Part shown: piece after piece, positions 29,624 through 38,781 of the stretch
How the letters are laid out: each line of letters opens with the position of its first letter
How positions within the stretch are numbered: position 1 is the first letter of the stretch
Assembly: GCA_016188605.1 (NCBI GenBank)
Contig: JACPHP010000001.1
Span: 1,327 to 65,326 of the forward strand
DNA length: 64,000 bases
From: Candidatus Spechtbacteria bacterium
Lineage (GTDB): Bacteria > Patescibacteriota > Minisyncoccia > Spechtbacterales > JACPHP01
Reading direction: 5' to 3'
Notes under the pieces: model-generated
Databases searched by the model: none
The model's input: the letters and a program-made list of their open reading frames with translations, nothing else
What the model was told of the DNA's origin: nothing
Position numbers and translations under genes: made by a program

Positions 29624-29736
29624 ATCTCAAAACGCAAATGTCAAAACTCAAATCTACATCGCAAATCTTAAATCTCCAGCAGTAGTTTCTTAGATTTGAT
29701 TTTCAGTTTTGCGATTTGAGCTTTAAGATTTGAGAT
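29624..29736. repeat. Inverted heptad array (AATCTCA family)
   Basis: atctcaa aacgcaa atgtcaa aactcaa ... tttgcga tttgagc tttaaga tttgagat. Confidence 0.85.
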
Positions 29737-29767
29737 GAATATGTAAATAAATAATTATTCAGATATT

Positions 29768-30154
29768 ATGGATAAAAAATTAATAGTTTCTCTAATAGCT
29801 TTCTCTATAGTAATTGCCTACGGGATCTTTGTGGCAGGATATGCCTCGCGATCTTTTTTGGAGATACGGAGACAGCCGATTACCGTAGAAAAAGAGTCGG
29901 AAAATACTGATAGTAATACTACCGCAAAAACCGCATCCTTGCAAGATGGCATAAGCCAGAATGCCCAAGATGCCCTGACGGCAGAAAAAGTCACCTTCTT
30001 TGCTAGCAAGAATGGCAAGGTCTACTATCTCCCCTGGTGTCTTAAACAAGGCCAAATAAGCGACAAAAATAAAGTGGAATTTGCCACGCGCAAGGAGGCG
30101 GAGGCTGCTGGGCTAAAGCCCGCGGCAAGCTGTCCGGAGATAAGTCTGTTTTAA
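29768..30154 (+). CDS. Membrane-anchored protein with an Ada metal-binding-like domain
   Basis: ASKNGKVYYLPWC...FATRKEAEAAGLKPAASC. Confidence 0.8.
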   Translation: MDKKLIVSLIAFSIVIAYGIFVAGYASRSFLEIRRQPITVEKESENTDSNTTAKTASLQDGISQNAQDALTAEKVTFFASKNGKVYYLPWCLKQGQISDKNKVEFATRKEAEAAGLKPAASCPEISLF

Positions 30155-30160
30155 GATAAT

Positions 30161-30188
30161 TTGACAAATTATATGAGTTTGTTATAAT
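30161..30188 (+). promoter_or_regulatory. Near-consensus sigma70 promoter
   Basis: TTGACA-16 bp-TATAAT with TGn extension. Confidence 0.65.
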
Positions 30189-30289
30189 ATTTGAAATTAA
30201 AGAAAAGGGGTGCTTTATGAAAAAGCAAGCCTGGTTCTGTCTGGATTGTGGGCATTACGGAATAGCTAGTTTAGCAAGGAGGCAAAGTC

Positions 30290-30769
30290 GTGAGTCAGAT
30301 TTCTCTACAAGGTCTTAATAAGGGAAATGTTTTGGCGGCGCTTTATAACGCTTCCAGGCCTCAAGGCATGGGGTTTTTGCAGTATGACCCCAAGCCAATG
30401 ACCCTCGAGGAGGCGGAGTATTTGCTTCAAAGAATGACCGACTTTGATTATATCAAAGGTCGAGTCATGAAGGTAGATCTGTCCGGCGATGTGCTGGACA
30501 CGTGGGGGTACGACCGCGGCAACGGTGATGGCGCTGCGGAGCAAGCTATCTCGGAGCTTCGCAGTACGGGAGACGTAAACTCGGTCGTCGCTCAAGCGAC
30601 TCACCATATGAGTACATTGGAAGCGGCCGAGGATGTGAAGGCCGATCTCAATAAAGAGACCACGGTGGCGAATAGTGAAGGAATTGTGATCTTGAGCCTA
30701 GGTCTTGCGGACGTCGCCGACGTGCTTGGTCCCGCCGTGGACCGGGCGATTGAGAAGCGCCGAGCGTAA
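30290..30769 (+). CDS. Hypothetical protein, GC-richer accessory gene
   Basis: AAGGAGG SD plus GTG; VLAALYNASRPQGMGFL and FDYIKGRVMKVDL; hairpin-T terminator at about 30782-30815. Confidence 0.75.
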   Translation: MSQISLQGLNKGNVLAALYNASRPQGMGFLQYDPKPMTLEEAEYLLQRMTDFDYIKGRVMKVDLSGDVLDTWGYDRGNGDGAAEQAISELRSTGDVNSVVAQATHHMSTLEAAEDVKADLNKETTVANSEGIVILSLGLADVADVLGPAVDRAIEKRRA

Positions 30770-30848
30770 TTCGGCATCAAGAGGCGCGTATGAGGAAACT
30801 CTGCGCGCCTTTTTTATTACTAACTTTCGTGTTATGGTATAAAAGAAA

Positions 30849-30967
30849 AACACAAAACACAAATTACAAAAGCCAAACAAATTTCAATTTACAAAGTACA
30901 AACTACTGCGAATTTGGAATTTGTATCCTGTGTTTTGTTTGGACTTTGTGCTTTGAGTTTTGTGTTT
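30849..30967. repeat. Inverted heptad array (ACAAAWY family)
   Basis: acaaaac acaaatt acaaaag ... ctactgcgaa ... tttgtgc tttgagt tttgtgt. Confidence 0.8.
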
Positions 30968-30976
30968 TTCTAAACC

Positions 30977-32821
30977 ATGAAGCCACTTACAAAACAAACA
31001 TATCTTCTATACTGGCAGCACGCTCGAAAGTATTCTTTCTGGCTTTTTGTGACTGTCGCGGGGGTTGTGATCGCAAGTGTTTTGGAAGTTATTATACCTC
31101 TTTACTTCAAAGAGTTCTTCGAAGCGCTCGTACGAGGCGCGCAAGGCCGCGACTTGTATGCCAACGTGCTTCTGCAAATTCTATTTATAATAATTGCTTT
31201 GCGCGTTATTTCGTGGGCTTTTTGGCGCGTTTCTACTTTTGTTATAGCGCATTTACAAAGCAGGGTGATGTCCGATCTTCTCAACACTGCTTTTGAGAAC
31301 CTACAAAATCATTCATATTATTTCTTTGCTAACCGTTTCGTAGGTACGCTAGTGCGGCGCGCTGGCCGTCTTTCTGATTCTTTTGAAGGGATTGCGGATC
31401 GCGTATATTATGATTTCCTGCCGCTTATTGTAAAGATAATCGCTATTGTTTTTGTTTTATTCTTAAGTAGCAAGTTAGTTGCCTTTATCACGATAGCGTG
31501 GACTATTATGTATTTGGCTATAAATTATTTTTTTATAATTTATAGCATTAAATACGACGAAAAAAGCTCGGCAATGGATTCAATTGTATCTGGGCAGCTT
31601 GCTGATACGCTTACTAACAATACTAACGTTAAGCTTTTTACTGGCATTAAGTACGAAATAAGCCAATTTGTAAAACTTACAGAAGAGCAGTTCCGTTTGA
31701 GGCGTTTTGCTTGGTGGCTGGCGGAATCTTCCGAGGCGGTTCGCGCGGGCCTCATGGTCATTTTGGAGTTCGTTATATTCTATTTTGCTATTTCTTTGTG
31801 GCAATCCGGCCAGATTGGGGTAGGGGACTTCGTGCTCATTCAATCTTATTTAATAGATCTATTCGGCCGATTGTGGGGCTTTGCTCGCGCAATGCGCAAT
31901 ATGTTCCGTTATCTCGCCAATGCCGAGGAAATGGTGGAGATTATCAATACACCGCACGGAATTATTGATAAGTCTCGCGCAAAGAAATTAAAAGTTACCA
32001 ACGGCGAGGTTGAGTTTCGCGACGTGACATTCGCGTACAATCAGACTAGAGATGTAATAAATCATCTAAATCTTAAGATTAAGCCGGGCGAAAAAGTCGG
32101 TGTTGTAGGGTTATCCGGTTCAGGTAAGACAACCATCGCTTCGTTAATTTTACGCCTGTTTGATATTCAAGATGGCGCGATTCTTATTGATGGTCAAAAT
32201 ATTGCAGATGTTACGCAGGATTCACTCCATTCAAGCATAAGTTTTGTGCCACAAGACCCAATTCTTTTTCATCGTACTCTTTGGGAGAATATTCGCTACG
32301 GGAAAAGGGACGCAAAAGATAAGGAAGTTATACAAGCGGCGCGCGACGCGTATTGCGATGAGTTTGTAGAAACTTTGCCGGAGAAATATCAAACGTATGT
32401 AGGGGAGAGAGGCATCAAGCTTTCAGGCGGACAGCGCCAGCGTATAGCCATAGCGCGCGCATTTTTAAAGAACGCCTCTGTTTTGATTTTGGATGAGGCA
32501 ACCAGCAGCCTAGACTCTCATTCTGAGCAAATCATTCAGCAAGCGCTCGAACGGCTTATGCAAGGCCAGCCTTCGCAAAATGCTTCCGCCGGCACTAAAG
32601 TTCTGGCGGACGAGACGGCGGGGCAAGGCCGTACAACAATAGTGATAGCACACCGTTTATCAACGATAAGTAAAATGGATCGCATAGTTGTTCTTGATAA
32701 CGGAAAAGTAGTTGAGCAGGGGACGCATGCAGAACTTATAGCTAACCCCGACAGTATTTATACTAAACTATGGAATTTACAGGTCGGTGGATTTATTTCG
32801 GCCGGAGAAACGGAAGAATAA
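30977..32821 (+). CDS. ABC exporter, fused TMD-NBD (MdlB/MsbA-like)
   Basis: 6 TM, GLSGSGKT, LSGGQRQR, ILDEATSSLD, IAHRLST. Confidence 0.95.
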   Translation: MKPLTKQTYLLYWQHARKYSFWLFVTVAGVVIASVLEVIIPLYFKEFFEALVRGAQGRDLYANVLLQILFIIIALRVISWAFWRVSTFVIAHLQSRVMSDLLNTAFENLQNHSYYFFANRFVGTLVRRAGRLSDSFEGIADRVYYDFLPLIVKIIAIVFVLFLSSKLVAFITIAWTIMYLAINYFFIIYSIKYDEKSSAMDSIVSGQLADTLTNNTNVKLFTGIKYEISQFVKLTEEQFRLRRFAWWLAESSEAVRAGLMVILEFVIFYFAISLWQSGQIGVGDFVLIQSYLIDLFGRLWGFARAMRNMFRYLANAEEMVEIINTPHGIIDKSRAKKLKVTNGEVEFRDVTFAYNQTRDVINHLNLKIKPGEKVGVVGLSGSGKTTIASLILRLFDIQDGAILIDGQNIADVTQDSLHSSISFVPQDPILFHRTLWENIRYGKRDAKDKEVIQAARDAYCDEFVETLPEKYQTYVGERGIKLSGGQRQRIAIARAFLKNASVLILDEATSSLDSHSEQIIQQALERLMQGQPSQNASAGTKVLADETAGQGRTTIVIAHRLSTISKMDRIVVLDNGKVVEQGTHAELIANPDSIYTKLWNLQVGGFISAGETEE

Positions 32822-32848
32822 AAAAAGGGCCTCCGGGAGGCCCTTTTT
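32821..32848. terminator. Bidirectional intrinsic terminator
   Basis: aaaaaagggcctcc-g-ggaggccctttttc. Confidence 0.75.
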
Positions 32849-32945
32849 CATCGGCGATATAGAATAGAGGGGAGTATAAGAAGAAGCTTCTTTGGCCGTT
32901 ATTTATATAGTCGTATAATGTACCTTATGCGACATACAATATAAA

Positions 32946-33018
32946 ATCAACGAATAACGAATCCCTACGAATAAACGAATTAAAAATAAGAAGTAGATAG
33001 TATTCGTTATTCGTTGAT
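32946..33018. repeat. ATCAACGAAT-family element
   Basis: atcaacgaataacgaat...attcgttattcgttgat. Confidence 0.85.
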
Positions 33019-33022
33019 ACAT

Positions 33023-33337
33023 CTATCGCGACGGTGTTGGTATCACCCTATCAACACCTTTATCAATTTGTTGGCTAACCCGTTGCTTGAGATTGTCTTT
33101 TAAATAGTTTTTGACATCATTAACGGCCTCAACAGCGCTTATTTTAGATTGTTGAAAAAGTTGTTTTATAAAATCTTCGTCCTTAATGCTATCAATCAAT
33201 CCCTTTGTCTTATTAACAATACTTACAACAAAATTTTTTATGTCTGATCCGTAAGGAATTTTTTGCACTAGATTATCGGGCACCACATATGCAAATATTA
33301 GCAATAAAATTATTGTAAATATAAGGAATTTCGCCAT
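33023..33337 (-). CDS. Hypothetical secreted or membrane-anchored protein
   Basis: N-terminal hydrophobic segment; follows the M23 gene. Confidence 0.65.
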   Translation of the reverse strand: MAKFLIFTIILLLIFAYVVPDNLVQKIPYGSDIKNFVVSIVNKTKGLIDSIKDEDFIKQLFQQSKISAVEAVNDVKNYLKDNLKQRVSQQIDKGVDRVIPTPSR

Positions 33338-33369
33338 ATGTCGTATAATAATTATTAGTGTAAAATAGA

Positions 33370-34629
33370 TTATTTCGGCAAATAATCCATTGGATTCAAT
33401 GACGCGCCGATTGGCAATGTGCCAGCCAGTTTGCTGGCTTTAGTGGTGTATGTATTGGGCGCATACACCGTAAAATGCACATGGGAGCCCGTAGAATAGC
33501 CCGTAGACCCCATATATCCTATTATATCCCCTCTTTTTACGGTTTGGCCAACTTTTGCGGTCTGCACAGACATATGTCCATAAAGGGTTACGAGACCATT
33601 GTCGTGCTCTATAGTTATCCATTTTCCATATGCGTAAGGCGCGCTAGCCACTCCTATTACAACACCTTCGCGCGCAGCGCGAAGTGGCGTGCCTATAGGC
33701 CCCGCGATATCAATGCCATTATGAAAGCACGTGGGATATGCTTTGGACTTTTTAGCAAATGCCGTGCATCCGTATCCTTGTGAAAGCCTACCGCTAGCCG
33801 GCCATTCAAGAACGCCATGACCAGTAGTTGGTATAATGCTGGGATCGAGTGTTTCCCGTAATCGATCTTCTAATTCAAAAATTTGGCGCTGAACTTCATC
33901 TTGTTTACTTGTGACATCTTTGAGCAGATTCTGATATTGCGCTTCTTGATTGCGAGTCTGCTTTAGAACATCCTGCTGGTCGGCCCTTTGCGATTCAACA
34001 ATTGCCTGTTGAGCAGTAAGGTCGTCCTTTGCGTTGTTAAGATCGTCTTGCCGCTGGTTAAGTTCCAATTTCGCATTTTCAAGCCCGGCTTTTTCAGATT
34101 TTAAATTTTTTAGATTTTCATAAAGATTACTATTTAAGCTATCCTGATTCTGAACCTGATCGTAGAAATTGGATAAATTTTCATATTTTAGCACAAGTTC
34201 GAGGATTGACTCGCTATCACTCGCGTATATTTCGCGCACCAAAGCGGCAGTCTGCTCTTTATTTCTTTCAATAGATCGTTCAAGAGCGTGAATCTGCAAT
34301 TCGGTTTGCGTTATCTTATCAGACAACAATGTTATTGCCTGCCGATCTTTGTTTATTTGTTTTTCAAGCGATTGAATTGACCTGTTATAGTTAGCAATTA
34401 GATTTTTTAAAGTATTGGCCTGCTGTTGCGTTGTATCAATATTTTCTTTATAAGATTGCGCTTGTTCTTGCAATTCTCTTATTTGCTGTTGTTTTTCGTC
34501 AAGCTGTTTTTGAATATCGTCTGCTGTTGTGGCAGAGGCGTAGTTGGCAAAACCTGACAATACTAAAAGTAACTGCAATAATAGGCAGATTGATCGCAAA
34601 AAGTATTTTGATACATGAAACATTGGCAT
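33370..34629 (-). CDS. Coiled-coil M23 peptidase (peptidoglycan DD-endopeptidase family)
   Basis: Signal peptide, long coiled coil, HNGIDI, TLYGH, STGSHVHF. Confidence 0.92.
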   Translation of the reverse strand: MPMFHVSKYFLRSICLLLQLLLVLSGFANYASATTADDIQKQLDEKQQQIRELQEQAQSYKENIDTTQQQANTLKNLIANYNRSIQSLEKQINKDRQAITLLSDKITQTELQIHALERSIERNKEQTAALVREIYASDSESILELVLKYENLSNFYDQVQNQDSLNSNLYENLKNLKSEKAGLENAKLELNQRQDDLNNAKDDLTAQQAIVESQRADQQDVLKQTRNQEAQYQNLLKDVTSKQDEVQRQIFELEDRLRETLDPSIIPTTGHGVLEWPASGRLSQGYGCTAFAKKSKAYPTCFHNGIDIAGPIGTPLRAAREGVVIGVASAPYAYGKWITIEHDNGLVTLYGHMSVQTAKVGQTVKRGDIIGYMGSTGYSTGSHVHFTVYAPNTYTTKASKLAGTLPIGASLNPMDYLPK

Positions 34630-34667
34630 GAAAGGAGCTCACTATGAAACTTTTATACTTACCGATT

Positions 34668-36245
34668 TCAGAGGAGGCTTTTTGCATACGCTAATCGAGC
34701 AAGCGTTTTTTCTTTACCCAGAATACTAGCTACTTCAAACGGGCCAGGTGATGCTTTTTGACCAGTTAAGGCAACGCGCAAAGGCCATAATATAGTGCCT
34801 TTATCCCCCTTTGCCGAAGCATAAGGCATTAAAACGTCTTCCAGAGATTTTGCGGTCTGAAATATTTTATTATCTAACGACATGATAAAGTTTTCTAATT
34901 CAGACAGCGTTTTGGTAATAGTTATTTTGTCGGTATTTTTCCAAACAAGCAGGGATTCATCGTAAGAGGGACTATCTGTAAAGAAAAATCCTGCTCTCTC
35001 CCCTATTTCCGCGAGGCGCTTTAACCGTTCTTGCTCCAGAGCAATAATTTTTTTTAGCCATTCAAAATTAACTATCTCGCCGGTTTTAATAATTTTGAAT
35101 TTCAAACCGTCATTTTGCTTGTCTCGCGAAGCATAGGCGGAGTGAGGAGATTTGCGATTTGCGATTTGCGATTCCTCGATGTATCCCGCATAAACCAAAA
35201 ATGGTACACAACGCTGGGTTAATTCGCCTATCTCCATGTTACGTATGTACATGCCATTCATCCAATCCAATTTTTCGAGATTAAAAATAGCTCCGCTCTG
35301 CTGAATATTGTCGCCGTCAAATCGTTCGATAAGCTCCTTCATTGTCATTATTTCTTTATCATCATTGGCGTTCCAGCCAAGGATAGCAAGAAAGTTTATA
35401 AATGCTTCGGGCAGATATCCCATTTTTTCATATTCAAGAACAGAAACCGCGCCGTGGCGCTTGCTAAGCTTTGATCGATCTGTACCGAGTAGCAACGGCA
35501 AGTGAGCGTACTTAGGCGATTGCAATTTAAGCGCGCGTTGGATCAGAATTTGTTTCGGGGTATTTGAGATATGATCTTCGCCGCGAATAACATGCGTAAT
35601 TTCCATGTCGCTGTCGTCAATTACAGCCGCAAAATTATATAACGGCAAATCAAGCGACTTTGCGAGTGAAAAATCTCCCAGCAAATCAGCATTAAATTCT
35701 ATCTCTCCTCGTACATGATCATAAAATTTTACGCTGCCTCCAGGATTCTGAAAACGTATGATAGATTTTTCTTTATTAGTATCAGTAACATCGATTGCAG
35801 CAAATTTGCGATAATCACATATATGCATTGGCGGTTGCTTTTGCGCCTCTTGTTGCGCGCGTTCTTTTTCAAGCTCTGCTTGTGTATGCCAGCAATAAAA
35901 AGCATCGCCTTGTTCTAATAATTGATTTAAATACTGTTTATGAATTTTTAGGCGTTCGCTTTGACGATATGGGCCATGGAGGCCGCCAACATCGGGCCCT
36001 TCGTCCCAATCCATGCCTAGCAATTTAAGCCCCTTGAGGATATTTTCTTCATATTCTTTTTTGGAACGTTCGGTATCAGTATCCTCAATGCGTACTATAA
36101 ATACTCCCCCATGGTGACGAGCAAAAAGGTAGTTAAATAATGCGGTGCGAGCCGTGCCGACGTGCAGCATTCCCGTTGGGCTTGGAGCTATGCGGACGCG
36201 AACGGTTTGGTCAGGGGTTACGAATTGTTCTTTAGTGGTATTCAT
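34668..36245 (-). CDS. gltX: Glutamate--tRNA ligase
   Basis: RIAPSPTG, HVGTARTAL, RGEDH, KLSKRHG. Confidence 0.97.
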   Translation of the reverse strand: MNTTKEQFVTPDQTVRVRIAPSPTGMLHVGTARTALFNYLFARHHGGVFIVRIEDTDTERSKKEYEENILKGLKLLGMDWDEGPDVGGLHGPYRQSERLKIHKQYLNQLLEQGDAFYCWHTQAELEKERAQQEAQKQPPMHICDYRKFAAIDVTDTNKEKSIIRFQNPGGSVKFYDHVRGEIEFNADLLGDFSLAKSLDLPLYNFAAVIDDSDMEITHVIRGEDHISNTPKQILIQRALKLQSPKYAHLPLLLGTDRSKLSKRHGAVSVLEYEKMGYLPEAFINFLAILGWNANDDKEIMTMKELIERFDGDNIQQSGAIFNLEKLDWMNGMYIRNMEIGELTQRCVPFLVYAGYIEESQIANRKSPHSAYASRDKQNDGLKFKIIKTGEIVNFEWLKKIIALEQERLKRLAEIGERAGFFFTDSPSYDESLLVWKNTDKITITKTLSELENFIMSLDNKIFQTAKSLEDVLMPYASAKGDKGTILWPLRVALTGQKASPGPFEVASILGKEKTLARLAYAKSLL

Positions 36246-36252
36246 AAAATAT

Positions 36253-36339
36253 ATTAGCGAATAACGAATGGCATAAGAATATACGAATACTCCACTACAG
36301 CCAATTCGTTTATTCGTAAAAAATTCGTTATTCGTTGAT
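36253..36339. repeat. ATCAACGAAT-family element overlapping the murG stop
   Basis: attagcgaataacgaat...attcgttattcgttgat. Confidence 0.85.
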
Positions 36340-37491
36340 TAAGTCCAATATCATTCCTGCAATCTCATCCGCAGCCCTTGGCCGTGCAAACTCCGCGGCG
36401 CGTTGTGACATAAATCGCCGTTTTTGTTCATCATTAATAACAAAATTAATTGTTTCAAAAAATAAATTGGGTGTAAGGTTTTGCTCCTCAAGCACCGTAC
36501 TGGCGCCAAAATCAGCATAAAGATAAGCATTTTTTTTCTGGTGATCATCCGCCGCGCTTGGCAGTGGAATAAGGATACTTGGTTTTTGTATAGCGGCAAT
36601 TTCAAAAATACTTCCCGACCCCGCCCTGCTTACCACAAGCGAGCATAAAGCGTAGGCGTGCGCGAGGCCTGCTTCATCCATAAATGCATGCGGGTGGTAA
36701 GATGAGTACAATTCTAGCGGAGTCCTTGCAAGCGCAATTTCTTTCACGGCAACAAAATGCTTTTCTCCGATTTGATGTATCACTTCAAAGTTAGCAAGAA
36801 GTTTTGGCAATGATTCCAAAACAAGTTCGTTAATTTTTTGCGCGCCCTGGCTTCCTCCCTGTATTAAAATAATCGGCTTCTGCGAATCTATTTGAAAAAT
36901 TTTCCTCCCCTCATCAGTAGAACCGTTCATAAGATTAGGGCGAATCGGGTTTCCTAGAACCGTGTACAACTCTGGTAGGTGCTCGCGTTTAGCCCCTCGA
37001 ACAAACTCGGGGTAAACAACCGGAAATGAAAGTATAACTTTGTCAGCAAATCGTGCCAGTAAGCGATTTGCGAGCCCCATAACGCTATCTGACTCATGAA
37101 TTACTATCGGTATGCGATAAAGCCAACCAACTAAGACAGGGAAAGCGCTGCCGTAACCTCCTTTTGCGAATATCACATCAGGCATGAGCCAGTATAAATA
37201 CGCGAGAGATTGTATAAGAGTTATGGGCGGCTTTAATATATCTAAAATAGTTGTGAGCGAAAAATATCTGCGCAATTTGCCGGCAACAAGATTCCATACA
37301 GTAATGCCTTCTTGCGCGAATATTTCTTGTGCCATTTTTCCAGGTCCAAGGAATATAACTTCTGGCTCTGCGAATCCCTCTTCTTGCGTGCGAAAAACAA
37401 AACTGCGCGCAACAGCAATAAGCGGAAATAAGTGTCCGCCAGTGCCACCGCCGGTAAGCAGGATATGTAATTTTTCTTTTTCGTTTGACAT
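36328..37491 (-). CDS. murG: Lipid I N-acetylglucosaminyltransferase MurG
   Basis: GGGTGGHLFP, KGGY, IHESD, GNPIR, GGSQGA, SRAGSG, HQKKNA. Confidence 0.96.
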   Translation of the reverse strand: MSNEKEKLHILLTGGGTGGHLFPLIAVARSFVFRTQEEGFAEPEVIFLGPGKMAQEIFAQEGITVWNLVAGKLRRYFSLTTILDILKPPITLIQSLAYLYWLMPDVIFAKGGYGSAFPVLVGWLYRIPIVIHESDSVMGLANRLLARFADKVILSFPVVYPEFVRGAKREHLPELYTVLGNPIRPNLMNGSTDEGRKIFQIDSQKPIILIQGGSQGAQKINELVLESLPKLLANFEVIHQIGEKHFVAVKEIALARTPLELYSSYHPHAFMDEAGLAHAYALCSLVVSRAGSGSIFEIAAIQKPSILIPLPSAADDHQKKNAYLYADFGASTVLEEQNLTPNLFFETINFVINDEQKRRFMSQRAAEFARPRAADEIAGMILDLINE

Positions 37492-37498
37492 TGCAGTA

Positions 37499-37584
37499 AT
37501 CAGCGAATAACGAATAGTGTACGAATATACGAATACTCTACCAAATCGATTCGTTTATTCGTGTTGGATTCGTTATTCGTTGAT
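37499..37584. repeat. ATCAACGAAT-family element
   Basis: atcagcgaataacgaat...attcgttattcgttgat. Confidence 0.85.
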
Positions 37585-37588
37585 TATA

Positions 37589-38692
37589 TCAGTTATGCCG
37601 AGAAATCTGAAGTAGTAATCCGGAAGCCGCCAGTGTTGACACCATAGCCGAACCGCCATAACTAATAAATGGCAAAGGTATTCCCATCAAGGGCAAAACG
37701 CCTGTTATAGATCCGATGTTGATAAATGCCTGGATGCCAATCCAGGAAGTGATGCCGAGCGCTAACATGGAAGAAAATCTATCATTTGAGTCTCGCGCGA
37801 TTTTTAGTCCCCGCCAAATAAAAATTAAAAAAAGTAGTATGAGTGAAATAGCGCCAACAAATCCCGTCTCTTCGCTCCACACCGCAAAGATAGAGTCTCC
37901 CATTGGTTCTGGAAGAAAATTATGAGATTGCTGGCCTTGGGCTATTCCAACCCCCCAAAGTCCTCCCGAACCTTCCGCGAGCAACGCTTGATTAAGATGA
38001 TAGCTAATACCCATAGGATCGGTTTGAGGGTTAAGAAACGTAGATATTCTTTCTAGTCTGTACGGCGCAATTTGAATAAGAATAAATAATCCTATAACGC
38101 CCAGGACGCCCAGAAAAGCAAAATGCTGTATTTTTCCCCCAGCTACAATATACATAAATCCCGCGGTAAGACCAATTAAAATTAAAGTGCTAATATCGGG
38201 TTGAAGAAAGAGGAAAAAAGCCAACATGCCAACCAGGATCGTAAAGGGTACTAAACCAGTTCCAATATTTTGCACTTCATTTTTTTTTGATGCAAACCAT
38301 GCGGCAAGATATATTACAAATGTAAGTTTGGTAATTTCCGAGGGTTGCATTAGAAAAGACCCAATATGAATCCATCGCTGCGCGCCACCGGCTGCGTATG
38401 CAAACCCCGGAACAAAAATAAGTATAAGCAGAAATAGCGAGGTTAGATAGAATGGAAGCGCTAAACTATGCAATATTTTGTACGGTAAAAAATAAAATAT
38501 AAACCCGCCAATCAGTCCCAACCCCACTCCGTAAATCAATTGATGTTGCAAATATCCATATATGTTGCCAAAAACATACTGACTTTCGCCTCCTGACGCG
38601 GATGATAAAATAACAAGCCCGACACTAAACAGGGCTGCTATGGACATAAGCAAAATGAAATCTGGTTTTTTGAGCAGCAAATGTTTGTTCAT
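37589..38692 (-). CDS. ftsW: SEDS peptidoglycan polymerase FtsW
   Basis: GAQRWI, QPSEITK, QPD, LPEPMGDSIFA, LPFISYGGS; directly upstream of murG. Confidence 0.93.
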   Translation of the reverse strand: MNKHLLLKKPDFILLMSIAALFSVGLVILSSASGGESQYVFGNIYGYLQHQLIYGVGLGLIGGFIFYFLPYKILHSLALPFYLTSLFLLILIFVPGFAYAAGGAQRWIHIGSFLMQPSEITKLTFVIYLAAWFASKKNEVQNIGTGLVPFTILVGMLAFFLFLQPDISTLILIGLTAGFMYIVAGGKIQHFAFLGVLGVIGLFILIQIAPYRLERISTFLNPQTDPMGISYHLNQALLAEGSGGLWGVGIAQGQQSHNFLPEPMGDSIFAVWSEETGFVGAISLILLFLIFIWRGLKIARDSNDRFSSMLALGITSWIGIQAFINIGSITGVLPLMGIPLPFISYGGSAMVSTLAASGLLLQISRHN

Positions 38693-38700
38693 GTGGAACA

Positions 38701-38780
38701 ATCAGCGAATAACGAATGGCGTACGAATATACGAATACTCCACTACCGCTAATTCGTTTATTCGTAAAAAATTCGTTGAT
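38701..38780. repeat. ATCAACGAAT-family element
   Basis: atcagcgaataacgaat...attcgttgat. Confidence 0.85.
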
Positions 38781-38781
38781 G

